Assembly: GCF_964204645.1 (NCBI RefSeq)
Contig: NC_134035.1
Location: forward strand, 6,572,001-6,636,000
DNA: 64,000 bases
Origin: Tubulanus polymorphus
Lineage: Eukaryota; Animalia; Nemertea
Reading direction: 5' to 3'
The notes under the pieces were generated by a model. It was given only the letters and a program-made list of their open reading frames with translations. It had not been told where the DNA came from and did no database searches. The position numbers and the translations under genes are program-made. Positions 14,531-27,930 of the stretch are shown piece by piece (position 1 is the stretch's first letter; each line of letters begins with the position of its first letter).

Positions 14531-15351
14531 CGGAACATTAAGTTTTTGGTCGAACAGTGTGTTAAGGTCGTTTTGGAAATTTACTCGGTCTGGTATATTT
14601 TGGATACAATCCGTCTGATATCATTCAGCTCACTTCGATCTACAAATAACCCGTGCATATTTTGAAGAATCATCGTTACAAAAGCACTGTCGGGCCATAA
14701 ACATCGAAAATTGAGCCCCATTCAAAGAGCCGACATGTTTTTCTAAGTCCTCTTTCCGAAATCTACCGCACGTTTCTTGTCACATCAATTATCAATTCAA
14801 GCATAAATTAACAAATTTATTACCCAAAGATTGCACATTCTGTCGCGGTTTTTAAAAACTAATTTTAACAATAGCCCATTTTCTTCATAAAATCATATTA
14901 CCGATATACAGGAAATTTACTACTTTAGATTTTAAAAGCACTGTCGAGCCGTAAACATCGACGAATCGACGTGTATCACTACATCGTCGTTCCGGGGATC
15001 AGCTGCGAGTTTCACCTCATCATGAGAATCAAATCGAGTACAAATTAATTTATTACTACCAGTGATTTGGCTGCGGGCGTCATGCAGTTAGTTTAGCAAT
15101 ACCTATTTTTCTTTATCAAATTAACCGTGTATTTACTAAGATAAATCATAAGTGTACCGGGGAGTCGTAGGCCTAAACGAAACACTCCGAAGAGATATAG
15201 CGGAGAAAAGCTGTTATGTCGACGAGGTATCAAAATAAAAGAATATATTACTTTATTCGGCCGCGGGCTTCAACCTCTATATCAATACCATCAATACTCT
15301 ATATTTCCTATGCACAAGGTATTTACTAAGTACAAGTATATAACACAATCC
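14521..15351. repeat. Dispersed spacer block B, copy 1 (also ~21500-22715 and ~25255-26464)
   Basis: Near-identical sequence in three places, e.g. AAAGCACTGTCGAGCCGTAAACATCGACGAATCGACGTG. This copy lacks ~370 bp present in the other two. Confidence 0.9.
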
Positions 15352-18300
15352 CATTATGAGAATGCCGGTTTGCTAGCGTATCTATTTAACACCCGTATTG
15401 CTCGGATTAGTTTTACTATCAACGGGTGGCGCTGTATGTAAATTTCACATAAATCAACGACTTTCGGCTATTCGGTACTTAAGACCACTTGAAAACATCA
15501 TAGTCAATTACGGTAGTAGTGAACATAAAAAGATACAGTACAAAGATACAGTACGGTGTACAGTTAAGGACATGATTCCATAGCACCCATACTAGAGACA
15601 TTTTGTTCAGACAAGGACTATTAGTTAAACACTAATCTTCATTATCAGCAATTAACGATCTGGTGAATTAATTAGTGATTCGGTCTTTCGGTGGTTCGAG
15701 ATAAAATGCCCGCAAAATAAGAACCTAACGAACCAGGGCTGACCACAAATTGCCCAACAGATAAATTTTCGAAACGACACAATCCAATCATGTTTGGTAT
15801 CAAATGTGGCATGGACCATGGTCTTTTAACTGACCAATGCATGACCAGTACTGACCATATAGTAAATTATTTGTTTGCAAACAATTAAGTTGTTTGGTGT
15901 CAAATAACTAGATATGATGTGGGCATTAATCTAAAAATTGTTTAACTAACCAATGCTTGACCAGTACAGACCAGTTACCAGTGCTAACCAGAACCCCCAT
16001 AAGTAATTTATATGTTTAGTGAATCCTTCGTTAGTACTACTAGCTCTTACATTTAAATGTGTCGCTTGAAAAAGTCTTGTCCGATTTTTGTTGTAGGTAG
16101 CGAGCTAACTTTGAAATTCCGCTAAAATGCATAAGATTTTTACGTAGGGTTTTGAACGAACAACGTTTCCATTTGTAATTGTAACGTGCGCATTTGAGCC
16201 TGCAACGTGCACATTTCACTCGCGTGAACGTGCGTATCGGTACCAACATGCGAGACTTGTCAAACTTTTACGATCAAGACTTTTAAACTGAAAAAAGAAA
16301 GTGTAAACTGAAACAGTTCACACTTCTATGATAACGCGAAAACAAACGCCGCGGTTATAAACCGGCTTTCTTGAATTTTGAAACCGGAATGCATAAATAT
16401 GGTACAACCTACGCTCGTAGGTACAACGCACACAAAGACTGATAAAATAGCCTTTCTCAAAATTATCCTCCAAAACTGTTCACAACCACGCTAATGTGAA
16501 CCTACCGAACCGATGAGAGACTAAATAATGTCCAGCCCCTGAACTTCCTTGAACAAAAAAAAATAAACTATATGTTCCATAAAATGATGTCTTTTATTAT
16601 CATAATACTCTGTCTTAATATGAAATAATAACACAGATAAGCCTGTGTAACCAAAGACAGTAGAAACGAAGATGGAACAGGCGGCGCTCCACGCACTCCG
16701 ACGTGAACTATGTAGCGTTGCGTACATAGTTCACGTAGGGATTTAGGTCAATTTCTTGGATGTTACTTGAATTAGGCGTTATGCGTTTTCCGATTCGGTG
16801 TTTTTCATTAGGCGTTTTTCGAATACCGGTAAAAACGGTACTTGATATGATAAGTGAACTTCATCATTGATATTTACACTAATCTACTTGAATTCCAAAA
16901 AAGAACTGACAATGAAAAAGGGTTACAGCTGTGACTGATATCACTCCAAATTTCAATTCCTATGAACACTTTTCATATAAAGAAAACTATTTAACGAAAC
17001 AGTTTTTAGAGGCGAAGAATCCGCGTTACCATCGAATTTTCAAAACTTGAAGGAATGTTTAATGCCTCGGTGACCACTGGTCTAGTACGCGGTTTTCTGA
17101 AATGGAAGTGGCCAAGTCTAAAGAACAACTATTGTATCACATGATTTCAAATATTAGGAACCCAATGCGTTTAATGATTTAATTAATTGGTATCGCGCAG
17201 ATTGGTTGAAAGACGGGTGTTAGTCACCTTGTGATTTAATTGTTTTTCATGCATCGATTAATTAATCTTATTATAACTTAATTGTAGGCGCTTCCCGCAA
17301 ACATTTTCTATTCGTTGAGTTTTCAAACGCAGTACTGTTCAGATGATTCGAGTCAAGTAGTAAAAAAGTTTATGTATTAGCATTACTATGCAGTGAAAAT
17401 AACGCACTGCGGTAAGTGAGGTGATGTGATCCAGATGTGTAACCCATTTATGGGTAATAAATTTCCATCATGTCAACGCCATTCAGTGGCAAAACTTTCT
17501 GCTGGTTTCTAGAAATAACAATACGACGACAAGCACTTTCGAATTCGACCACGATATTTGAGAAGTTTCACTTGGGCAGTGGTGGTCAGTGATGGTCAAT
17601 TTATGAATTTTAATGACGAATCCTTTCTAGTTTCACACCAAATGCGGTACCGGTATATCGTTCTTTCGAGAAGTTTCAATTGGTCAGTGGTCGTCAGTGA
17701 TGGTCAATTTATGAATTTTCAATGGCGAATCCTTTCTAGTTTCACATCAAATGCGGTACCGGTATATCGTTCTTTCAAGAAGTTTCAATTGGTCAGTGGT
17801 GGTCAGAGATGGTCAATTTATTAATTTTCAATGGCGAATCTTTTCTAGTTTGACACCATAACGCGGTATATCGTTTTCATATTCGAGAAGTTTGAATTGG
17901 TCATTGGTGGTCAGTGATGGTCAGTGATGAATTTGCAATGATGATTCCTTAGTAGTTTGAAATCAAACATTACATGATAAATTTCCGAAATTCGAAGTCA
18001 AGTGTTCAGACTCGGGGATATCTCAATTGGTCAGTTACTGACCATCATGGTGGTCTATAGCTCAAATGAAACATGTGGAACCGACGATGGGGCCCAAAAG
18101 CGTTAAGTCATTTCCTGGAGTGACGTGATCCAAAAATGCCCTAACTGGAAAAGGCAGTCTCTCAATTGGATGAAACCAAATCGGACAGGACAATTAAAAT
18201 TTGGGAAGGTCACAGGTAGTGGTCTTTCTACGAAGCCCACGCGGTGAGCGTATTATTATGAAATCTTTTTTTAAACCACCATGTACCACGAAGTAATAAG

Positions 18301-18467
18301 CATCGTTGTAAGCACTTGAAACAGCCATTAACCACTTGAGACTGTCAGATCAAACATCATACCGCATCCCCGCAAAGAGGGGTGGTTCAGCAAACCGGAG
18401 TTTTTATTGGCCTCTCTAGACTACCCCGCCAGTACGGGTAGCCGAGCAAACCGGAAAACTCATAATG
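15352..18467. mobile_element. 3.1-kb non-autonomous TIR element, superfamily unassigned
   Basis: Left end CATTATGAG-AATG-CCGGTTTGCT; right end AGCAAACCGG-AAAA-CTCATAATG. Paralogous empty site at ~26461 (AATCC|TTTCCGTATGCTGG). No coding capacity recognised. Confidence 0.8.
17556..17940. repeat. ~109-bp tandem repeat (~3.5 copies) inside the TIR element
   Basis: GAAGTTTCAATTGGTCAGTGGTGGTCAGTGATGGTCAATTTATGAA-like unit at ~17560, 17670, 17779 and 17887. Confidence 0.9.
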
Positions 18468-18961
18468 TTTCCGTATGCTGGACTCACACTTTACATTCGG
18501 AGTAAGCGTTCGCTGTGGGGTAAAGGGATCGTTCGCTGTGTCGCTTGAAGTGTTTATCGAGTTTGACGCGGCTTTAGGCCTACCGTACTGAGCTTTACTG
18601 TCTCAAACAAACACAGTATAATTGTTGCGTTTATTAACGGACTCATTGGATTGAACTTCAAAACAAAATTTACGATATTTAGGTGGGTTGTTATTCAATA
18701 GGCCTACGACCAATCTGTCCGGATGTTAGGCCTACGCATATACATAGGCCTACCTGGGCTAGTAGCCTCTACTAGGTAAAGCGTTCGCTGTGGGGAAAGG
18801 AGATCGTTCGCTGTGTCGCTTGAAGTGTTTATCGAGTTTTACGCGACCTTAAGGCTTTAGTATGGTGGCTGATAAGGGCCATGCGTAAAAAAAAACACGT
18901 ATATGCAAATGAGGGCGACATTATGACAAAACGACAAAACTAAAATAACGCGACAAAACAA
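18468..18961. repeat. Dispersed spacer block C / satellite leader (also ~22716-22915 and ~26465-26950)
   Basis: Near-identical copies. Internal direct repeat AAGCGTTCGCTGTGG...GATCGTTCGCTGTGTCGCTTGAAGTG. Ends in TATGCAAATGAGGGCGAC...CGCGACAAAAC just before each satellite array. Confidence 0.9.
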
Positions 18962-20008
18962 TAATTTTGGTTTTTTCGCCCGCGACAATTCATTATTTTG
19001 GTTTTATCGCCCGCGACAATTCATTATTTTGGTGTTGTCGCACGCGACAATTCATTATTTTGGTTTTATCGCCCGCGACAATTCATTATTTTGGTGTTGT
19101 CGCACGCGACAATTCATTATTTTGGTTTTATCGCCTGCAACAATTTAATATTTTGGTTTTGTCGCCCGCGACAATTCAAGATTTTGGTTTTATCGCCAGG
19201 GACAATTCATTTTTTTGGTTTTCTCGCCCGCGACAATTCAATATTTTGGTTTTATCGCCAGCGACAATTGATTATTTTGGTTTTATCGCCCGCGACAATT
19301 CATTATTTTGGTTTTATCGCCTGCGACAATTCATTAATTTGGTTTTGTCACCCGCGACAAATCAATATCTTGGTTTTGTCGCCCACGACGATTCAATATT
19401 TTGGTTTTATCGCCCCCGACAATTCATTATTTTGGTTTTATCGCCCACGACGATTCATTATTTTGGTTTTATCGCCCTCGACAATTCATTATTTTGGTTT
19501 TATCGCCCACGACAATTCATTATTTTTGTTTTGTCGCACGCGACAATTCATTATTTTGGTTTTATCGCCTGCGAAAATTTTTTTTTGTCGCGGTTTTATC
19601 GCCTGCGACACTTCAATATTTTGGTTTTATCGCCTGCAACAATTCAATATTTTGGTTTTATCGCCAGCGACAATTCATTATTTTGGTTTCATTGCCCGCG
19701 ACAATTCATTAGTTTGGTTTTGTCGCCCGCGACAATTCAATATTTTGGTTTTGTCCCACGCGACAATTCTATATTTTGGTTTTATCGCCTGCGACAATTC
19801 AATATTTCGGTTTTATCGCCAGCGACAATTCATTATTTTGGTTTTATCGCCCGCGACAATTCAATATTTTGGTTTTATCGCCAGCGACAATTGATTATTT
19901 TGGTTTTATCGCCCGCGACAATTGATTATTTTGGTTTTATCGCCCGCGACAATTGATTATTTTGGTTTTATCGCCCGCGACAATTAATTTTTTTGGTTTC
20001 GTCGCCCA
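18962..20008. repeat. 31-bp satellite array
   Basis: Same monomer, more diverged than in 1-13327. Confidence 0.97.
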
Positions 20009-20096
20009 CTTTATTAGCTTTTGAATAATTAGGCCAATTAGTAACGTAATAAAGACTTATGCTTTCGCCTATTTTGAAGTCGATTTATCTGATATA

Positions 20097-20505
20097 GTAC
20101 GGAAGCGATAAAGGGCCTCGAGTTGTCGCATTCACCACTCGACAAGTCGCCATATTTATGTCGATATATCGCGTCAAGTCCACATGAATATGTCTACATA
20201 TCGTGACGTTTTCACGACAAATTTCGCTTTTTTGCTCATTTTCCACGGGACAAGCAGTCATTTGAAGACATGTCCAAATGTAAGATGAGGACGCCAGTAA
20301 TATGAAGACTGGGTTTCAAGTCGTCATGAATATGTCGACTTGCCGCGAGGAAAATGGTCAAGAAAACGAAATATGTCGTCAAAACGTCACGATATATCGA
20401 CATATTCATGTCGACTTGACGCGATATATCGCGGTTTGTCGACATAAATATGGCGACTTGTCGAGTTGGAATGCGACATCTCGAGGCCCCTTATCGCTTC
20501 CGTAG
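20097..20505. mobile_element. Palindromic MITE (~410 bp, ~160-bp imperfect TIRs)
   Basis: (C/G)TACGGAAGCGATAAAGGGCCTCGAG... is the reverse complement of ...CTCGAGGCCCCTTATCGCTTCCGTAG. Flanked by ATATA on both sides (possible 3- or 5-bp TSD). Confidence 0.85.
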
Positions 20506-20599
20506 ATATAGTGTCGAATATTACGGTCATTTTGGCAGATTCTTTTTTTTAAAAGTGATATTAAAGCGATCATTCAAGTGATCCTACTTAATGAAAGAT

Positions 20600-20770
20600 C
20601 TACGGAAGCGATAAAGGGCCTCGAGTTGTCGCGTTCCAACTCGACAAGTCGCCATATTTATGTCGATATATCGCGATATATCGCATCAAGTCGACATGAA
20701 TATGTCGACATATCATGACGTTTTGACGACTTGAAACTCAGTCGTCATATCACTGGCGTCCTCATCTTTC
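20600..20770. mobile_element. Truncated copy of the same MITE
   Basis: Begins CTACGGAAGCGATAAAGGGCCTCGAG; central segment in reverse orientation; no second TIR. Confidence 0.75.
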
Positions 20771-21019
20771 AGCAACGCCAGTCACATGGAGTCGTACGTG
20801 TTCTACTTTCTGCGACGCGAAACGACTGTCACAACCAACCGACGCGCTCTTGCGACTGGCAGAAACTAGTCGCACACGATCGTATTGAAACCGACTTGCA
20901 CCGAAACTTGCGATGCAACGCGAGGATCGCATCGTGTCACAAGACCAACCTACGTCCGGCTTTAAGTTACTGCGGAGCACCAGAAATATCTTTTTTTTCG
21001 TTCAAAAGACCTTTCGCTT

Positions 21020-21530
21020 GAAAATTCTTTCGTCGGAACAAAATCTATTTCGTTCGAACCAATAATATTCTATACGATTGAACCAATTTGAAAAAATCGT
21101 TAGAACAAAGTTGAACAAACTTTTTTTGTCCAAACGAAAGGTTTTTCGTTTGAACAATCGTTCAAGTGAACAGAATCGTTTTAATTTGAACAGAATTTTC
21201 TTGTCAGAACATTAAGTTTTTCGTTCGAACAAGTATATTGAAAAAAGTTTTTTCTCCGAACCGAAAGTATTAAGTATTTCGTTCAATAGAACAGAATTGT
21301 TTTCATTCAAACATTCGTTCGAAAAAATTGTTTTCGCTCAACCAAATTTTTTTTGCCGGGACTAAAAATTTTTCATTTCAACAATAACATAGCTTTTTAT
21401 TCGAACACATTTTTTGTCAGAATGAAGAAAATTTTTGGTTCAAGCAAAAAGCGTATTGTTCGATCAAACAGTATTATTTTCATTCGAACAAGATTTTCTT
21501 GTTGGAACATTAAGTTTTTTGGTCGAACGG
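21020..21530. repeat. Degenerate low-complexity repeat rich in (T)TCG/TTCGAAC/GAAC motifs
   Basis: Repeated TTCGTTCGAAC-like words separated by T/A runs; grades into spacer block B. Confidence 0.55.
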
Positions 21531-22914
21531 CGTGTTAAGGTCGATTTGGAAATTTACTCGGTCTGGTATATGTAGGATTACAGTGTATGTCATTTGTCAG
21601 GACATTAAACAGAAGACAACTTAGGATACTACCTTGCGTGACTCCACTAGTTTGACCGACTTATTCCAAGATGAGGTGTTCCGTTGATTTCGGCTACAAG
21701 TTTTCGTTCAGAGATAACTGCTGAGCCATTTGGGCGACCTATCATTGATACTGTTTTCTAATAGCCTGTTTAGTAATGGCTGATGTTGTGCCTTATCAAA
21801 TGCTTCGTCGAAATCCACCGTGGCACAGGATTCTAAGACTGTGCAGAAAACCCGTTATCGCGGCTTTGCAGCTATATTTATTATTATTATTTTCTTCCAC
21901 ACTATTTTTACCAAAAGAACATAGGCTTTGTTACCTTACCGCTGTTTCATATACAATCCATATAATATCGTCCAGCTCACTGAGATCTACAAATAGTCCG
22001 CGTGTTTTTTCACGAATCATCGTTACAAAAACGCTGTCGGGCCGTAAACATCGAAAATTTAGCCCCATTCAATGGGGCGACATGTTTATCGAGTCGTCAT
22101 CCCGAAATCAACCCGCAGGCCGACTGTCACTTCGATTATCAATTCAAGTATAAATGAACTAATTTATTGCCGCAGACTTCACATTCAGTCGCGGTCTTCA
22201 AACAGTGATTTTAACAATAGCCCATTTTCCTCATCAAATCATATTACCGATACACTGGAAATTTACTACTTTAGATTTTAAAAGCACTGTCGAGCCGTAA
22301 ACATCGACGAATCGACGTGTGTTACTACATCGTCGTTCCGGGGATCAGCTGCGAGTTTCTCCTCATCATGAGAATCAAATCGAGTACAAATTAATTTATA
22401 ACTACCAGTGATTTGGCTGCGGGCGTCAAACAGTTAGTTTAGCAATACCTATTTTCCTTTACCAAATTAACCGTGTATTTACTTAGATAAATCATAAGTG
22501 TACCGGGGAGTCGTAGGCCTAAACTAAACAAGAGATATAACGGAGAAAAGCTGTTATGTCGACGAGGTATCAAAATAAAGAAATATATTACTTTATTCGG
22601 CCGCGGGCTTTAACCTCTTTATCAATACCGTCAATACTCTATATTTCCTACAGTACATACCGATCATTGTCAAATCCACAAGGTATTTACTAAATACAAG
22701 TATACAACACACTCCTATCCGTAGGCTGGACTCACACTTGACATTCGGAGTAAGCGTTCGCTGTGGAGGAAAGGAGATCGTTCGCTGTGTCGCTTGAAGT
22801 GTTTATCGAGTTTTACGCGACCTTAAGGCTTAAGTATGGTGGCTGATACGATAAAAAAAACACGAATATGCAAATGAGGGCGACAAAACGAAAATAACGC
22901 GAGAAAACAATGAT

Positions 22915-24477
22915 TTTGATTTTGTCGCCCGCGACAATTCAATATTTTGGTTTTGTCGCCCGCGAAAAATTCAATATTTTGGTTTTATCGCCCACGACAA
23001 TTCATTACTTTGGTTTTATCGCCAGCGACAATTCATTATTTTGGTTTGTCGCCCGCGACAATCCTTCTTTTTAGTTTTGTCGCCCGCGACAATGCATTAT
23101 TTTGGTTTTATATTTTGTTTTTGTCGCCTGCGACAATTCACCATTTTGCTTTTGTCGCCCGCGACAATTCATTAGTTTGGTTTTATCGCCCGCGACAATT
23201 CATTTTTTTGGTTTAGTCGCCCCGAAATTCTTTTTTTGGTTTTGTCGGCCGCGACAATTCATTAGTTTGGTTTTGTCGCCCGCGACAGTTCAATATTTTG
23301 GTTTTGTCGCCCGCGACAATTCAATATTTTGGTTTTATCGCCCGCGACATTTCGTTACCTTGGTTTTATCTCCAGCGACAATTCGTTATTTTGGTTTTGT
23401 CGCCCGCGACAATTCTTCTTTTTGGTTTTGTCGCCCGAGACAATTCATTATTTTTTTTTAATATCTTGTTTTTGTCGTCCGCGACAATTTTTTTTTTGGT
23501 TTTGTTGCCCGCAACAATTCAATATTTTGGTTTTGTCGCCCGCGATAATTCATTATTTTGGTTTTGTCGCCCGAGACAATTCATCATTTTGGTTTTATCG
23601 CCCGCGACAATTCAATATTTTGGTTTTGTCGCCCGCGAAAAATTCAATATTTTGGTTTTGTCGCCTCGACAATTCATTACTTTGGTTTTATCGCCAGCGA
23701 CAATTCATTGTTTTGGTTTTGTCGCCCGCGACAATTCATCATTTTGGTTTTATATTTTGTTTCTGTCGCCCGCGACAATTTTTTTTTTGGTTTTGTCGCC
23801 TGTGACAATTCAATATTTTGGTTTTATCGCCTGCGACAATTCAATATTTTGGTTTTATCGCCCGCGATAATTCATTATTTTGGTTTTGTCGCCCGCGACA
23901 ATTCATTATTTTGGTTTAGTCGCACGAGACAATTCATTATTTTGGTTTTATCGCCCGCAACAATTCATTATTTTGGTTTTGTCGCCCGCGACAATTCATT
24001 ATTTTGGTTTTGTCGCACGTGACAATTCAATATTTTGTTTTTGTCGCCCAAACAATTCATTATTTTGGTTTTATCGCCCACGACAATTCATTACTTTGGT
24101 TTAATCGCCAGCGACAATTCATTATTTTGGTTTTATATTTTGTTTTTGTCGCCCGCGACAATTTTTTTTTGGTTTTTTCGCCCGTGACAATTCAATATTT
24201 TGCTTTTATCGCTTGCGACAATTCAATATTTTGCTTTTATCGCCCGCGATAATTCATTATTTTGGTTTTGTCGCCCGCGACAATTCATTATTTTGGTTTA
24301 GTCGCACGAGACAATTCATTATTTTGGTTTTATCGCCCGCAACAATTCATTATTTTGGTTTTGTCGCCCGCGACAATTCAATATTTTGGTTTTGTCGCTC
24401 GCGACAATTCATTATTTTGGTTTTATCGCCCGCGACAATTCATTAGTTTGGTTTTGTCGCCCGCGACAATTCTTTTT
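22915..24477. repeat. 31-bp satellite array
   Basis: Same monomer. Confidence 0.97.
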
Positions 24478-24961
24478 CAGTCCACTTGGGACTTTAGTCC
24501 CAGCGGGCTATTACGTTCATTTTTCGTCCGTGAGTTTTTAAGGACATTAGATATTCCATATAGTCACCAGGGAGCGTTGAATAGTAGAAAAGCTTAGTTT
24601 TTCCTTATTAGATTGGTACCTAGGCATAGTTTGTTACCATGATCCATTGCAAAGTTGTAGTTCATGACATCGTCTATGATTGTGGTGAGTTTTTAAGGAC
24701 ATTAGTTATTCCATATAGTCACCAGGGGGCGTTGAATAGTAGAATAATTTAGTATTTCCATATTAAATTGGTAACGAGGCATATTTTGTTATCACAATCA
24801 ATTACAAAATCATAGCTGCTCACATGTTCTATGATTGTGGTGGGTTTCAAGGTCATTGGTTTTTGTATATGGTCACTAGCGGGCGTTATGTATTGAAATT
24901 GTTAGATTGTTGAGCATTTGAATCCACTTCCCAAGTGAGCATGGTGTCCCTGGACCCCTAG
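24478..24961 (+). mobile_element. HINE-like element, internally deleted copy 2
   Basis: Same termini and same insertion point in the satellite as 13328-14260. Deleted from the GTCC microsatellite into the 155-bp repeats. Confidence 0.75.
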
Positions 24962-25262
24962 TTTGGTTTTGTCGCCCGCGACAATTCATTATTTTGGTTT
25001 TGTCGCACGCAACAATTCAATATTTTGTTTTTGTCGTCCGGAACCATACATTATTTTGGTTTTATCACCCGCGACAATTCAATATTTTGGTTTTAACGCC
25101 CGCGACAATTCATTATTGTGGTTTTATCGCCCGCGACAATTCACTATTTTGGTTTTATCGCCCGCGGAAACCATTATTTTTGTTTTGTCGCCCGTGACAA
25201 TTCAATATTTTGGTTTTGTCACCAGCGACAATTCATAATTTTGGTTTAGTTGCCCGTGGTTT
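24962..25262. repeat. Short 31-bp satellite array (paralog of 14261-14530)
   Basis: Shares variants GTCGCACGCAACAA and TTTTAACGCCC with 14261-14530. Confidence 0.95.
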
Positions 25263-26950
25263 TGTCGGAACATTAAGTTTTTTGGTCGAACAGTGTGTTA
25301 AGGTATTTTTGGAAATTTACTCGGTCTGGTATATTTTGGATTACTGTGTATGTCATTTGTCAGGACATTAAATAGAAGACGACTTAGGATACTACCTTGC
25401 GTGACTCCACTAGTTAGACCGTCTCATTCCAAGATGAGGCGTTCTGTTGACTTCGGTTACAAGTTTCCGTTCAGAGATAACTGCTGAGCCATTTGAGCGA
25501 CCTATCATTGATACTGATACCTAATAGCCTGTTTAGTAATGGCTGATGTTGAGCCTAATCAAATGCTTTGTTGAAATCCACCGTTGAACGGGATTCTAAG
25601 ACTGTGCAGAAAACCCGTTATCGCTGCTTTGCAGCTATATTTATAATTATTTTCTTCCACACTATTTTTACTAAAAGAACAAAGGCTTTGTTACCTTGCC
25701 GCTGTTGTCGATACAATCCGTCTGATATCATTCAGCTCACTTCGATCTACAAATACCCCGTGCGTATTTTGAAGAATCATCGGTACAAAAGCACTGTCGG
25801 GCCGTAAACATCGAAAATTGAGCCCCATTCAAAGAGCCGACATGTTTTTCTAAGTCCTCTTTCCGAAATCTACCGCACGTTTCTTGTCACATCAATTATC
25901 AATTCAAGCATAAATTAACAAATTTATTACCCAAAGATTGCACATTCTGTCGCGGTTTTTAAAAACTAATTTTAACAATAGCCCATTTTCCTCATCAAAT
26001 CATATTACCGATATACAGGAAATTTACTTCTTTAGATTTTGAAAGCACTTTCGAGCCGTAAACATCGACGAATCGACGTGTGTCACTACATCGTCGTTCC
26101 GGGGATCAGCTGCGAGTTTCACCTCATCATGAGAATCAAATCGAGTACAAATTAATTTATTACTACCAGTGATTTGGCTGCGGGCGTCATGCAATTAGTT
26201 TAGCAATACCTATTTTTCTTTATCAAATTAACCGTGTATTTACTAAGATAATCATTAGTGTACCGGGGACACGCCGAAGAGATATAGCGGAGAAAAGCTG
26301 TTATGTCGACGAGGTATCAAAATAAAAGAATATATTACTTTATTCGGCCGCGGGCTTCAACCTCTATATCAATACCATCAATACTCTATATTTCCTACAG
26401 TACATACCGATCATTGTCAAATGCACAAGGTATTTACTAAATACAAGTATATAACACATAATCCTTTCCGTATGCTGGACTCACACTTTACATTCGGAGT
26501 AAGCGTTCGCTGTGGGGTAAAGGGATCGTTCGCTGTGTCGCTTGAAGTGTTTATCGAGTTTGACGCGGCTTTAGGCCTACCGTACTGAGCTTTACTGTCT
26601 CAAACAAACACAGTATAATTGTTGCGTTTATTAACGGACTCATTGGATTGAACTTCAAAACAAAATTTACGATATTTAGGTGGGTTGTTATTCAATAGGC
26701 CTACGACCAATCTGTCCGGATGTTAGGCCTACGCATGTACATAGGCTAGTAGCCTCTACTAGGTTAAGCGTTCGCTGTGGGGGAAAGGAGATCGTTCGCT
26801 GTGTCGCTTGAAGTGTTTATCGAGTTTTACGCGACCTTAAGGCTTTAGTATGGTGGCTGATAAGGGCCATGCGTAAAAAGAACACGTATATGCAAATGAG
26901 GGCGACATTATGACAACACGACAAAACTAAAATAACGCGACAAAACAATA

Positions 26951-27841
26951 ATTTTGGTTTTGTCGCCCGCGACAATTCATTATTTTCGTTTTATCGCCCG
27001 CGCCAATTCATTATTTTCGTTTTATCGCCCGCGACAATTCATTATTTTCGTTTTATCGCCCGCGACAATTCAATATTTTGGTTTTGTCGCCTAAGACAAT
27101 TCAATATTTTGGTTTTATCGCCCGCGACAATTCATTATTTTGGTTTTGTCGCACGCGACAATTCATTATTTTGGTTTTATTGCCCGCAACAATTTTATTT
27201 TTTTGTCGCGGTTTTATCGCCTGCGACCATACAATATTTTGGTTTTATCGCCAGCGACAATTCATTAGTTTGGTTTTGTCGCCTGCAAAAATTCAAGATT
27301 TTGGTTTTATCGCCCGCGACAATTCATTTTTTTGGTTTTGTCACCCGCGACAATTCAATATTTTGGTTTTATCGCCAGCGACAATTGATTATTTTGGTTT
27401 TATCGCCCGCGACAATTCATTATTTTGGTTTTATCGCCTGCGACAATTCATTAATTTGGTTTTGTCACCCGCGACAAATCAATATTTTGGTTTTTTCGCC
27501 CACGACAATTCAATATTTTGGTTTTATCGCCCGCGAAATTCATTATTTTGGTTTTATCGCCCGCGACAATTCATTATTTTGGTTTTATCGCCAGCGACAA
27601 TTCATTATTTTGGTTTTATCGCCCGCGACAATTCATTATTTTGGTTTTATCGCCCGCGACAATTCATTAGTTTGGTTTTGTTGCCCGCGACAATTCAATA
27701 TTTTGGTTTTGTCGCCCGCGACAATTCAATATTTTGGTTTTATCGCCAGCGACAATTGATTATTTTGGTTTTATCGCCCGCGACAATTGATTATTTTGGT
27801 TTTATCGCCCGCGACAATTAATTTTTTTGATTTTGTCGCCC
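26951..27841. repeat. 31-bp satellite array (paralog of 18962-20008)
   Basis: Same leader, same terminal GACAATTGATT variants and same exit sequence GTCGCCCACTTTATTAGC. Confidence 0.97.
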
Positions 27842-27930
27842 ACTTTATTAGCTTTTGAATAATAAGGCCAATTAATAACGTATTTAAGACTTATGCTTTC
27901 GCCTATTTTGAAGTCGATTAATCTGATATA

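Noticed and set aside
18530-18790. Host identification from frequent TAGGCCTA words (suggestive of some marine invertebrates)
   Set aside because: Too weak to support a taxonomic call without a search.
1-27841. Numerous long plus-strand ORFs (e.g. 8965-10944, 659 aa) in the 31-bp satellite
   Set aside because: The consensus monomer lacks plus-strand stops, and 31 bp cycles through all three frames, giving the same 31-aa peptide. Starts are mostly TTG and indels are frequent, so these are artefacts.
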